DNA of 63,573 nt, the filler included, from Folioceros fuciformis (taxonomy: Eukaryota), in NCBI GenBank assembly GCA_049999805.1. It is 5 parts of 4 records of this genome, joined end to end, with 100 filler letters (N's around TTAATTAATTAA, not from the genome) between each part and the next. Parts side by side here need not be neighbours in the genome. Positions count along the whole stretch, not along the records: positions 1 to 28,438 come from JBNGIO010005602.1; positions 28,539 to 44,415 come from JBNGIO010005602.1; 3 more parts are not named here. The stretch is one strand, 5' to 3'. Positions within the stretch are counted from its first letter, which is position 1, and every line of letters starts with the position of its first letter. Under the pieces are notes generated by a model. It saw nothing but the letters and a program-made list of their open reading frames with translations, did no database searches and was not told the origin of the DNA. The translations under genes and the position numbers were made by a program. Positions 25,301 through 37,370 of the stretch are shown here, piece by piece.

Positions 25301-26761
25301 CTGGTCGGAAAGCCGTGACGTGTAAATGGGTCTTTAAGACCAAGTTGAATGATGAAGGTGACATAGTCAAATACAAGGCCCGTCTTTGTGCTCGTGGTTT
25401 TACTCAGGTCTTTGGTTTGGACTACCAGGAGACCTTCTCACCTATTGTCAGAGCACAATCTGTTAGGATACTGCTTGCTGCTGCTGCTGAGATGAACCTA
25501 GAATTACACCAAATGGACATGTGTACAGCATTCCTGCATGGTGAAATAGAAGAAGAAATATATATGGAACAGCCCCAAGGTTACGTGGACAAACGTTTTC
25601 CAAATAAGGTTCTAAAACTGCTAAGGGCCCTGTATGACCTAAAGCAGAGGGCTATGCTATGGAATAAGAAGCTGGATGAGGAGCTCAAAGCATTAGGTTT
25701 TGTACAGAGTGCTGCAGACTCATCTGTTTATTATTTGGTCAATGACACAGCCTTCTGTATCCTCGCTGTTTATGTTGATGATTGCATGTTTGCATGCTCC
25801 GACATCAACCTGCTCAACAAAATCAAGAATCTTCTTAGTAGCAATTTTGAAATGAAGGTATGTGGGGGCTCTTAAATTCTGCCTTGGTGTTCAAGTACTG
25901 AGGAATAAGGAGCAAGGACTCATCGTTATTCACCAAAAGAAGTATCTCACGAAAATCCTGAAGCGTTTTGAGTTGGACCAGGCTCGACCAGTCTCCACTC
26001 TAGGCTCTGTGGGAGTTAAGCTTACCTCTGACCAGTGCGCCAGTACCCCTGAAGAAATAGCAGACATGGAAAAGGTTCCATACAGACACGCAGTTGGGTG
26101 TTTGATCTTCATTTCCAATTGGACCCGCCCTGACATTGCACACTCTGTTAGCTGCGTCTCACAATTCCTAGAAAAACCTGGACGTGTTCATTGGGCAGCT
26201 GTGAAGAGGATTTATCGTTACCTGAAGGGTACGATGCATTTTGGCATAATCTAACCAGTAAGGTTCTTCTCCTGGATTAATTCTTTCGGCATATACAGAT
26301 GCGGATTGGGCATCTGACTCATATTCCCGGAAGAGCTTATCCACCTATTGTTTCCTGCTTGCCGGAGGAGCTGTAAATTGGTCCTGCAAGAAGCAAACAT
26401 CTATAGCTTTATCTTCTACCGAAGCAGAATACATCTTCCTCACTGATTCTGCAAAGGAAGCAGAGTGGGAAAGGTCCTACCTGAAGGATCTTCACCTAGA
26501 GCAGACAGATCCCACCACTATCTTTTGCGACAACAACTCTGCTATTGCCCTTGTCGCCAATCCTCGTTCCATGCAAGGACAAAGCATTTCGAGATTAAGC
26601 ATCATTATATACGAGATATTGTATCAAGAGGAGTAATTACGGTGGTATATATTCCGACTACTTAGAACACTGCAGACATCTTGACGAAAACGTTGCCTAA
26701 GTTGAAGCACTCTATTCACAGAGAGTCCCTAGGGCTTAGAGACTTTAGCTACCTACTTTGA
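22388..26761 (+). pseudogene. pol: Copia E gag-pol, disrupted
   Basis: KEKDRFNG, CNWCNTPGHWERDC, YLDSCATAH, DNGTEF, QQNGVAERKN, YKARLCARG, YVDD. Confidence 0.95.
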
Positions 26762-28482
26762 AAGCTATGAGCTTTGCTTATTGACCTGAAGGGTGTGGGG
26801 GGGGTGGGGACCTAAGTCCCCAGATCTTCAAGATCTATGTAAGTTATGTCCTGCAGATCACAGCCTCCGCTGGTTTCCCCTCTCCACCAGCTTTCCTTTC
26901 CAGTGTGTCTTGTGACACAATGCACGTACAACGATTAGGTTAGCTAGGCAGTCTACTCATGGGTGACAAGTTGAAGCATAGATGGAGCTCACAGGTTTTG
27001 TTTCTAGTCTTTCTTCTTCTATCCTTCGTCGTTCTATGGGAGTCTCTTTTCTTCAGTGCCCACAACTTTCTTTGTGTCTACCTTTGTCTTCTCCCCTTCG
27101 TCTGCTGGTAGCGGCGTGCTCACGGTTTCTGTCCATCTCACTCTCATGCCCCTGAGAGAGTCGGTTCCCCTAGCAAGTCGGTGGTGGGCTCCTTCTTCAC
27201 TCCTCTTCACTTCGACCTTGTATTTATTTCGCACTGTGATTCTTGCTGCAACATCCACTTCCCATTAGCAGCTGGACATGAGCTGCTGGAAGCTGAAAAG
27301 GCTTCCATTCCATCTGTTTCCCCAGCTGGTTTTGGTCAGCCTGCACCCTGGCTGTACGTTTTCTCTTGGGCCCTGTCGCCTCCAGTCCTCCCTCTGGTCT
27401 GTAGCATCATCCACTTTTGGTAGCCATATTTTCACGTCAGTAGACGAACGCGAAGTAGGCAGCTAGCAGGACAACGACAAGTGCAAGTGTTTGAGATATG
27501 GCGCCGCCAGGGAATTTGCCCGTGATCACACTAAGGGGAAAAGCGCCCGTTACGTGTACTGCCTAGGTTATGTGGGAGTGATAAAAATATACCTTTAGTT
27601 AGGTATGTAACCTAGACGTATGATGAAAGTTATTTAGGATTATTAAACAAATACGTTATATATGACTCTTTTGTTTCTTTTTTCTTGCTGAACGTTAGTA
27701 TTCAAGTCTTCTTGTTTTTAGCTCTCGCGCTCTATGCTTCATGATGTCAAGCTGCCTTGACTACAAACCAGCGTTTCCTATTCTTGTTACGCCCCCACCC
27801 TAACAGTGGAGGACAACATTGGTGCTCTGTATCAGCAGGAGCAGAGCCGCTTATGCAGGAGGGTCCAAGCCCGAAGCAGACAGGGCGCTTTCCACCCGCT
27901 TCAAGCTCGGGAGGAATTCGAAGGGCGAGGCAAATTTCACTCCTGAAGGTGATTTAACCTCTACCTCTCCTCGTCGAGCTCGAAACTGCAAATGGTGCGG
28001 AGCTGCCGGCCATTGGGCACGAGAGTGCTGCAAGAAAGAGGCCAGAGAGCCGCAGACGGCTGACTTGTGACAGGCAGCCAGTATTGCAATTAAGGGGAAC
28101 GCCAGCACAGTGGAGACAAGAACCGTAAAGATACTTACGGCTTGCCTCAACACCCAGTTGCATCAGGATGGGGGTGGTATCTGGACAGTGGAGCCACCGC
28201 CCACATATGCAATGATCGTACTCTATTCACCAAGCTGGATACTTGTCTTCTTAAGGAAAGGGTTTTACTTGGTGACAAATAGAGTAGATCCAGCCCGCCA
28301 ATCATGAGACAAGGCACTTGCGAACTTCCCCTCGAGGACGGTTCAGTGCTTACCTTGGAGCATGTGCTCCTAGTCCTACAGATGGGCAAGATGTTGAGAG
28401 TAAAAGCCAACACATAGTCTAAGTAACGTTAGGGTTAGNNNNNNNNNNNNNNNNNNNNNNNNNNNNNNNNNNNNNNNNNNNN

Positions 28483-28494
28483 TTAATTAATTAA
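28483..28494. other. Artificial contig linker TTAATTAATTAA inside Ns (also 44460-44471, 52650-52661, 61484-61495)
   Basis: Identical six-frame-stop 12-mer centred in N runs at four sites. Confidence 0.95.
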
Positions 28495-28663
28495 NNNNNN
28501 NNNNNNNNNNNNNNNNNNNNNNNNNNNNNNNNNNNNNNTTTAAACAATTTTGTTATGCTTATTATTGTAACTTTAACTGTCAGAATTTCTCTATGCTCTC
28601 GCTCCACTCAACCTTCTCATGGTATCAGAGCCATGCTTTGGTTCTTGAGTGATTCTCTCAAAA

Positions 28664-29314
28664 ATGCCGAGACAAGGCAGATCTAATAGAGGTTTACGTT
28701 CTGGTGGATCATCACGAAGACAACGTCGTGAGGGACGTCCACCAAGACAAAATACAGCACTAGTACCTTTGGATACGGTGCTTGACCTTTATGAACACGA
28801 TTACCCTCATCTTTGGCAGCAGCGATTCATTGCTCAAAGGCAGATATCACCTGGCCCATCTTGGGAGTTGAATAGGAACCAACAAATTGACAGGCTCTAC
28901 AGGGAGCGTTGCCACAGAAGGGGACAGAATCCCGACCTATTCTACAGCCCTCCAACAAATTCTGTATCTGCCCCTGACATTCTGATTGCCCGACGGCCTG
29001 AATCTTCCCGTCGGCCTCAACCCTGCACACACAGCACAAATCGCGGATCAAACAGTGTTGCTGATAGAGCACATGCTATTCTGATTCGTGTGGAGAAAGT
29101 GTTGTCTCTATCACTTTCCAACCAGGAGATCCTCAAGAACAGAGTGGAGACTCTTGATGCTTACACAGAGCAAGCAATTTCAACTTGCAAGAACGAAATT
29201 CAGAGGGACATCAATGACTCATCTGAATTCTTGCTTATGATGCACCTAAAAATCCAGGAATTGGAGCTTGGGTGCCCATATGCTGATGATGATCAGCCCA
29301 TTCTTGCTCTGTGA
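28664..29314 (+). CDS. Accessory ORF0 of F (216 aa, Arg-rich N-terminus, coiled-coil-like C-terminus)
   Basis: Intact ORF starting 33 bp after the PBS; MPRQGRSNRGLR...PQPCTHST...VEKVLSLSLSNQEILKNRVETLD...KNEI. Confidence 0.75.
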   Translation: MPRQGRSNRGLRSGGSSRRQRREGRPPRQNTALVPLDTVLDLYEHDYPHLWQQRFIAQRQISPGPSWELNRNQQIDRLYRERCHRRGQNPDLFYSPPTNSVSAPDILIARRPESSRRPQPCTHSTNRGSNSVADRAHAILIRVEKVLSLSLSNQEILKNRVETLDAYTEQAISTCKNEIQRDINDSSEFLLMMHLKIQELELGCPYADDDQPILAL

Positions 29315-29893
29315 GATCTTCCGCTGCCATTGAGCGGAGTGCCCTGGATCAGGAGCAATTTTCTGCTCAGATCTGAAGCGTCACCTTTCAGACGGTGCCT
29401 GTTTCGTTTAATCTCTCTTCCTGTGTGTTGATAGGTTCTTGCGTAGAGCTGCACTTGTTCACAGGCAAGGGACATCACAGTTAGGGTTTTGTTTTTGTTT
29501 TTTTTCTTTGTGCATGCTTTCTTGTAAATTGAAATGTCATGCAAATGCTGGTTTGAAACCCTAACGACATAACTTAAACGTTATTCTTGAAAGGAGGTGT
29601 CTGTTCACACCTGCGCACCTAGGAAGGTGGATGAGGGAGCTAGCCTGTGAGGGATTAGATGCGTCTGTATTTACCCCCCCCTCAGGCTGTCACCCTCACC
29701 CAACCCCCTGGAGACGCATCGTTAGTCTGCAAGAGACATAGTCTAGCAGCTTGCACATATGAGCACTTACCTGTCCAGCAACTACCATAGTTTTCGCTGT
29801 CTTTCAAGTGCCTTATGTCCACAGCTCCTCAGCTGAATTCAGGGTTACCCCACCACAGCTCCTCAGCTCCATTTGCTGTAAGCCCAGATCAAC

Positions 29894-32800
29894 ATGGCCA
29901 CTCACTCTGTCTCTTTTAGTTCAGATGTAAAGGACAAGGACAGGTTTAGAGGTACTGGCTACTCAATCTGGCATGTCCGGATGAAAACCATACTTACAGC
30001 GCGTGGTGTCTGGTCTAGTGTTGATGGTTCTCTCACGAAACTTGACCCACAATCTAAACCTGATGAGTATGCCAAGTGGGAGCACAATAATGGAGTTGCT
30101 ATGGCCGTCATTGTCAATGGGCTGGATGCCGCACTTATTCCTAATGTAGAATTTCTTGCAACGGCGAAGGACATCTGAGATCAGCTGGAAAAGACCTATC
30201 ACACCACCACAATGGCCACATTGTCAGTTGTGCGCATGGAGTTCTACACTTTACGCATGAAGGAAGGAGACAAAATGGCTGCACATACCAGCAAGTTTCG
30301 CCACCTTTGAGCACAAATTCAGTCCATCACCAAAACACAAATGACAGAGTCTGAAGCTATCTCCCAACTCCTTACCAGCTTGCCACCCTCTTATCAATCT
30401 TTCGTTACAAGTTTCCAGACTGGTCCAGTTGCCGCAGCCGCAGCTGCTGGACAGCAGGCTGCCCCCATTACCATGGAGGACATGATCGGAGCCCTCTACC
30501 AAGAAGAGCAAACTCGTTTGGCCTCAGCTGGCCTGCACAAGCAATCCAAAGGGGAAAGGGCTTTAGTTGTGAATTTTTGCCCTAAAGGAAAGGGCAAATT
30601 CAGAGGGGGAAATTCCCCAGGACAAGCCAAGGATAGGATTGAATCTTCAAGTTCTAAACGACCAGGCACATGCAACTGGTGTGGCATACCTGGCCACTGG
30701 GCACGCGAGTGTCGCAAGCGTAAAGTTGGTGAGCCCCAGAAGCAGGCTAAACCTGCTGCAAGTGTTGCAGTGAAGGGCAAACCTGTTGAAAAGGCGCTAG
30801 TCAAAATCCTCACCATATGTTTGTCAAGCTCGACACATGATGATGAGAGCTGGTACCTTGACTTCGGGGCTATCACACACATCTGCAAAAAGAGGGAGTT
30901 GTTTACCTCACTCAACCTTGTTCATGTCCATGAAAAGGTACTCCTTGGTGATGAGCAGTCTAGAACTAGTCTGCATATTGAAGGCAGAGGCACGTGTTTT
31001 CCATCTGAAAGATAACACAGACCTCACCATCGAAGATATTCTCTTCGTACCCAGCATGGCTAAAAACCTCATGTCGATGAGTCAGCTCATGCGTCTACGC
31101 ACCTTCACTATGTATGCTGACTCTAAGCACTGCTTGTTCTATAGAAAGGAATCTCCTAGTAGGTGTGTCTTTAAGGGGATTTTAGATAACTCCCTTTACC
31201 GCTTGGACATAACCTGTTCACAACAGGAAGCTAGTCAACATGTTGCACACTCCACTGGTACCCCTTCCCTCAGTCCTGAGCAGGAAGCAGTGCTGTGGCA
31301 TGCGAGACTAGGACATGTGAACAGACGAAAATTGATTGATATGCCCATTACAGAGTGTCACAGAGAACCCCTGCCCAAGTTTTTTAAAAATTTACCTCAA
31401 TGTGAGTCGTGCATTCTAGCTAAACAGAAGGAATCACCCTTTCCGAATGCACCTGCACAAAGAGCTACACAAGTACTTGAGTTAGTCCATGCAGATATCT
31501 CAGGCAAGATCCATTCCCCATCTTTAGGTGGATCTCAATACTTTTTCACATTAACAGATGATTATAGCAGGTATACATAGACATTTCCCATGCGCCTAAA
31601 GAGTGAAACTTTTGAGTATTTTAAGGACTGGCTTCAAATCGCACAAAGGCAATCTGGAATGCTGGTCAAAACTCTAAGGACTGACAATGGCACGGAGTTC
31701 GTCAACTCATCTTTTGACAGTCTTCTTCAGGAACATGGAATTCTCAGGCAGCTTATGGTTCCCTACACACCCCAACAGAATGGTGTGTCAGAACGCAAAA
31801 ATCAAACTCTACTCGGGATGACTAGAAGCATGCTCATCTGGGCAGGTTTACCTCAAGGTTATTGGGCGGAGGCTGTGGTGACAGCAACCTACATCCTTAA
31901 CAGGATATTGACAAGTTCAGTTCCCAACAAAACACCTTATGAGGTCTTTTGGCGCAAGAAACCATCATTGCTACATCTGCGAGTGTTTGGATCACAGGCA
32001 TTTGCTTACATACCTGTTGAGAAAAGGCGGAAACTTGACCCTCGAGCACAAGGCTTGCGTTTTGTTGGGTACAGTGAACAAACTAAAGCATACAAGCTAT
32101 ACAATCCTAAATCTGGATCCATGTTGCTTGCTCGAAGTGTTACTTTTCTTGAGCCACATGCCCCTGTTCCACAATCCTACACAGGGACAGATGCTTTAGT
32201 TCAGAACATCTCTAAAACACCAGATCCGGATGACTTGGAGAACGAGGGGGCTTCCACTTACCCTCTTGACGATATGGATCCTGAAGACATAGTTCCAGTG
32301 GAGGATTTCGCAGTTGAACCTGCCAATGATGCTGCTGCCGATGATCAACCACCTCCTGCACTTGATGTGCCTCACCCTGATGTTGCTGCTGGTCATCACG
32401 ACAACTTCAATCTGCAGGATGACCTGGATCTTCACTTGGGCGATCACCACCCTCCTGACAATGAGGGGGATGCTCTCCCCATTCCAGACAACGCAGGGGG
32501 ATGCTTTTAATGCGCTTAATGATCATGTTGATGTTGCCCCTGTTGACGAGCCACCGGCAGAGGAGCCTGTACTTCGACGTTCCACTCGGCACAGGCCCCC
32601 TCCCGACCAATGGGCAGAGCCCCGCTACCAGTCTATTGATTTTCGTAAAACCTCTTTTGCTAGAGCTGCTGCCTTGGCTACTGCTCGCCCCGATATTCCA
32701 GAGGAGCCAACTACTTTACAGCAGGCCTTTACTGGTCCACAGAGTGAACAGTGGAAGGCTGCAGTGGAGGACGAGTACCAATCTCTCATTAAAAACGAGA

Positions 32801-34287
32801 CTTGGGCACTTGCAGACCTCCCACCTGGACGAAAGGCAATCAGCTGTAAGTGGGCTTTTAAAATAAAGCTTAATGCACAAGGACAAGTGGCCAGATATAA
32901 AGCAAGGCTCGTGGCTCGTGGGTTTACCCAAGTTGAAGGTCTCGACTACCAAGAGACTTTCTCTCCCGTCGTTCGCACGCAGTCCATAAGAATCCTTCTT
33001 GCATATGTTGCCGAATTTGATCTGGATTTACAGCAAATGGATGTTTGCACGGCCTTCTTATATGGTGCCCTTGAAGAAGAGCTATATATGTTGCAGCCTG
33101 AAGCCTATGAAGACAAGCGGCACCCGAACAAAGTGTTAAAGCTTCTTAAGTGCATATACGGTTTGAAACAAAGCGGGCGTGTCTGGTACATTACAATGCA
33201 TGTGTACCTGATCAGCATCGACTTCATCCAAAATGCAGCTGACAGCAATGTGTACAAGCTCACACAAGGAGTTTCGATTGTCATCCTGGCTCTTTATGTG
33301 GATGACGTCATATTTGCTACAAACGATCAAAAGCTGTTAGCAAGTGTGAAGGACAAACTCAGCAGCAGATTCGACATGAAAGACATAGGGGAACTTAAAT
33401 TCTGTCTTGGAATACAACTGCTTCGTGTAAGGGAAGAAGGGTTACTCTTTATCCACCAGTATAAGTACATAAATGAGATACTCAAACGATTCAACCTTGA
33501 CGAGGCCAGGCCAGCCACCACTCCTTATGCTGCTGGTACAAAACTGACCAAGTACCAGTGCCCACAGTCACAAGCTGAGAAATTGGACATGCAGGACATA
33601 CCTTACAGGCATGCTGTGGGGTCCCTAATTTTTGTTGCGAACTGGACGCGCCCTAACATACAGTATTCTGTTAGTACAGTTTCGCAGTTCTTAGAAAATC
33701 CTGCTAGGGTACACTGGGTAGCTGTCAAGAGAATATTTCGTTATCTCAAAGGTACGCACAAGTATGGACTTATGTATAAGAGCACAGGACAAAAACAAGT
33801 TATCTTGAGGGGCTTCACTGATGCCGACTGGGCATTGGATTCAGATTCACGCAGGAGCCTATCCACATACTGCTATTTGCTGGGTTCAGCAGCAGTCACA
33901 TGGAGCTGCAAAAAGCAGGCGTCTGTTGCCCTGAGTTCTTCTGAAGCTGAGTACAAGTCTTTTACTGAAGCAGCAAAAGAGGCTGAATGGGAACGCAGCT
34001 TCCTCAAGGACTTGGGACAGCCGCAGGAGAAACCAACCCTTGTGCTCTGCGACAACACTGCAGCCCTTGAGTTAGTTGAAAGCTCAAAATTCCATACCCG
34101 AACGAAGCACATTGAAGTGCAACATCATTACATACGGGATGTGGTCCACAAAGGTGTTCTTAAATTGGATTACATACAGACAGATGAGAACAGTGCTGAC
34201 ATCCTTACAAAAGGATTGCCTAAGTACAAGCATTACTATCATATGGAAGGCATGGGACTGCGGGATTGTTCTGCCTATTTCGAGTGA
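29894..34287 (+). pseudogene. pol: Copia F gag-pol, few stops and frameshifts
   Basis: DKDRFRG, CNWCGIPGHWAREC, WYLDFGAITH, LRTDNGTEF, YVDD, FTDADWA, RTKHIEVQHHYIRD. Confidence 0.96.
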
Positions 34288-34499
34288 CAGTCTCTTATTT
34301 GGAGGTGTTGGGGGGGAGCCTTTTGCTTCCTGATGATTCATTAAGCTTGCCACTCCCCGGCAACCAGATTGTTGAGCCTGCACAAGGAACGGCAGTATCA
34401 GTCGCCATGAACCCTCACTCACAGCACATGGAACAGGAGCAGGTGGATGAAGCGTCCACGACCTACCTAATCACCTGGCTGTCTGTGCCCTGGGCAACC

Positions 34500-34904
34500 C
34501 TACTCCTCATCCCTCAGCCTGCTGAGCATCTTTGCTACACCTTCTAGCTGCTCCACCAGGCTCTGCTTGCCCTCCTTGTCTTTAGCAGGTGTGGGCGGGT
34601 TGACAACAACCTCCTCTTCTGCCATCTTGCCCCACACAAGTGAAATATTCAGCTCCACGTGGTATCCACCAATGCATGTGTGCTGGCCGGTGCAGTAGCG
34701 GCTCTCCCACTCCCAGTCTTTGGCCATATCCTCCCGGGACGCCGGTTGGGTGACCGAGTTGAGTAGTGAATCCACAGAGTCCACAAACGCGTGAGGATGA
34801 AGAGCGCGAGTTGAGATTTGGCGGTTAGCACAGCCAAGTGGAGCCCCATCCTTATAGTCGCGACCTTGATTGCAGAGCAGAAGCTGGATCGCCAGCCCAA
34901 CCAC
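34500..34904 (-). CDS. Candidate antisense ORF (134 aa) in the 3' region of F
   Basis: Open antisense frame between the pol stop and the PPT; no homolog recognised in the window. Confidence 0.35.
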   Translation of the reverse strand: MVGLAIQLLLCNQGRDYKDGAPLGCANRQISTRALHPHAFVDSVDSLLNSVTQPASREDMAKDWEWESRYCTGQHTCIGGYHVELNISLVWGKMAEEEVVVNPPTPAKDKEGKQSLVEQLEGVAKMLSRLRDEE

Positions 34905-35467
34905 CGGATTACGTTCAAGCGCGTGAGGGAGAGACTGTTCCTCGTGACGTCCAGCTGCCTGGTTCTCGTGAGAAGCCCTTCGTTTTCAGGGTTTTGTGTT
35001 TTACTTAACCGTGGTTAGTTTAAGAGGGGGTGTTAGCGTAGGAGTTAAGCCTAACGCACAGTTAATAATATTTATGTTATATGGATTAGGGTTGTCTAGT
35101 GAATAGACACGTACATAGTATTTAAACAATTTTGTTATGCTTATTATTGTAACTTTAACTGTCAGAAGTTCTCTACGCTCTCGCTCCGCTCAACCTTCTC
35201 ATAGGGCCAGGAGCTCATTGGTGGCAGGATGTGCTAGAAGTCTAAATAAGTGGCTGGTGATAGACGGCTAGGCTAGTGGTCCTATTAAAATAATATTTCT
35301 CAAGTTAGAGAGAGGTGAAGTCAGAGAGAGAGAGGCTCCTATAAGATCAGGTGAGCCTGTAGGGGGAAGTAGTCATTCACTTTGGGAGTCAATCTATCAC
35401 TTCGTGAGCTCTTGGAGGTCCTCTCTTCACGAGCTCTTGTGGTCTGTCCCTGCTTGGTTTAGGACCT

Positions 35468-35629
35468 GCAGTGTGTTGCCGGCTATGCAATGTCTGGTAG
35501 GATCGCAAGCCGCGTGTTGCCGGCTATACAATGTCTAGTAGGATCGCAGGCAGCGTGTTGCCGGCTGTACAGTGTCTTGTAGGATCGCGGGCAGCGTGTT
35601 GCCGGTTGTGTAGTGTCTGGTAGGATCAC
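35468..35629 (+). repeat. 41-bp tandem array x4 in LTR N copy 1
   Basis: gcagcgtgttgccggctgtacagtgtctggtaggatcgcag-like units. Confidence 0.92.
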
Positions 35630-35955
35630 AAGGTGTAATGACCAGGGTGAAGGGGCTTGCCCCTAGCTCTTGATTGTAAAGGATGTGTCTTTCTCTCGAC
35701 CTGTCCACTCTTGTTCCCTGTTTGGACAAGTGCTGTAGGCCGGCCATGTTTCATGGCGTCTGGTAAGGTTGTGGGGAGGAGATACCCGAGAGGGGAGTGT
35801 GTTCCCATCTTTCTTTTCTTTGGGGTTAGTCTAGTGACTCTTGCCGGGTAGGAGGAGTCAGTAGGGAAGTGTAGAAGGTAGTGGTGTCATTGTTAGTTGC
35901 TGGTGTTGGTGCTGGAGTGAGAGAGTGAGTGAGGGAAGCTGCAGATCTAAGAGGT

Positions 35956-36177
35956 TGTCAGGATATATAATGCATTTAGGCATAAACATAATATGTTAAT
36001 TAAACCCAGCTGAAACGATGCGGCCAGCAGAACGGCGTGGATGGTAGACCGTTTCGCGTGACAAGTAGGCAGTTATTTAGTAAGGGTGGTTGATGGCATT
36101 TATTATTATTGCAAGACATTCTCATGTGAACAAAAGTATTTAATTTGTATTCTACTCCCTAGATCACATCTCTGACA
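35956..36177. mobile_element. 222-bp solo LTR inserted in LTR N copy 1
   Basis: TGTCAG..CTGACA termini; TSD GAGGT; absent from copy 2 (empty site at ~45461). Confidence 0.93.
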
Positions 36178-36457
36178 GAGGTTAGGGTCGTTGTAGTGAC
36201 TGGAGTGAGTTTGTGGGCACCGAGAGAGGTGCAGCTGACCGCTGGACAGCGAGGCCTCTCCTAGGCCTGATTGGAGCTGGAGGGGAGCCCTCGAATCCAT
36301 CATTGAGTCGATTGAGTCCGACCCTCCATCCACAGCAGCAAGGAACCCCATTGCTCTTTTGTGGGAACGAAACCCAATGTCTCAACGACAGTGGGATAAG
36401 TGTGGCCACTAAAGGTGGAACCCGTTGGCAATCAGTGCCTGGGGTTTTGCCTCCACA

Positions 36458-36868
36458 GTGGCCGACTCAAGTCCTTATTGCGCCATAGAGAGAGCTAGGC
36501 ACCCGGAAGGGTGGCCAACATAGGCAGATAGAAATTTGCTCTCACACGTCATGTTGACCCTGAAGAAGATGGAGGAGCTTGACCACGATCTTCAGTTAGC
36601 CAAACTGAAATCACTCAAGCTGGAGGAACTAGTGGGTAGAGTCCCTTCCCGAGTTCCTCGCATGTTTCCACTTACAGTCCCTGAGATCCAGCAGATGGTC
36701 AAGGAGCTGAAGAATATGGGCTTCGAGAGCACACTTGGAGACAACGAGTCTGGTACAGGTCAGCATCAAAACTCTGCCTTCCTCCTCATCATAGTAAGCA
36801 AGGCGCTGCCACTGTTTGTGTTGATAGTTGATACAGGAACAGCTCACGACTGGATTTTTTACTATTAG
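36458..36868 (+). pseudogene. Antisense accessory ORF of copia I (5' end cut by LTR N; one TAG at 36521)
   Basis: PT*ADRNLLSH...KKMEELDHDL...PLTVPEIQQMVKELKNMGF aligns ungapped with the ORF at 47667-48068. Confidence 0.75.
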
Positions 36869-37096
36869 CTTCATCCATTGAGTGACCCTATTTACATGTG
36901 CAGATGGAAAGGCTGCACAAACATGAGGAATACCACCTAGTGATACACCTATATGTTAACCTACATACAACATAGTAACAGCATAAAGGAATTTCTGTTC
37001 ACAAGAGTGCCAAAGACCTAGGTTGTAAAGCAATCCCTGCGAGGACATGCAACTATTCTTGTGTTGTAACTTTTGCTGGCATAGGTTAGTGGATTT

Positions 37097-37370
37097 CTAG
37101 GTTGCAGTAGGCATAGAGAACACCCTCGGTCCTAAGGCTGCAAGGTGCTTGTAGTGCTTTGGCTTACTTAAGCCCTTTGTGAGGATGTCAGCAATATTAT
37201 CTTCAATACTAACATACTCGACTTTGCCTATGCCCCTTTCAACAACATCTCGGATGTAGTGGTGATACAACTCAATATGCTTGGTTCTAGCATGGAAGCG
37301 AGGGTTAGACACCAAGGCAATAGCTAACATATTGTCACAGAGCAGCAAAGTTGGCTCCTTCAGTGGTAAG
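37097..37370 (-). pseudogene. pol: Copia I RNase H C-terminus, interrupted by H
   Basis: CDNMLAIALVSNPRFHARTKHIELYHHYIRD...ADILTKGL. Confidence 0.92.

Larger units (their letters stand above)
21163..27789 (+). mobile_element. Ty1/copia element E, full length
   Basis: 211-bp LTRs 21163-21373 and 27579-27789 (7 differences); TSD CGCCC at 21158-21162 and 27790-27794; PBS tggtattagagc at 21374; PPT gtgggag. Confidence 0.95.
20588..28391 (+). pseudogene. gag: Copia G gag-protease (20588-21157 plus 27795-28391), split by element E
   Basis: REKDRFNGS..WCVRMKSILIGRGVW; after E: IGALYQQE, CKWCGAAGHWAREC, WYLDSGATAHIC. Confidence 0.85.
28539..35201 (+). mobile_element. Ty1/copia element F (5' LTR truncated by the gap), inserted in LTR family N copy 1
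   Basis: 28539-28619 matches the end of the 3' LTR 35031-35201; PBS TGGTATCAGAGC at 28620-28631; PPT aagaggggg at 35022-35030. Confidence 0.95.
35202..36457 (+). mobile_element. Long LTR family N, copy 1 (partial)
   Basis: Colinear with 44705-45741; TATAAGA at 35340; 41-bp array; ends GGTTTTGCCTCCACA. Confidence 0.8.

Noticed and set aside
36458-36470. GTGGCCGACTC after LTR N as a PBS
   Set aside because: It is in frame with the antisense ORF of element I, so it is target DNA; copy 2 has a different flank.
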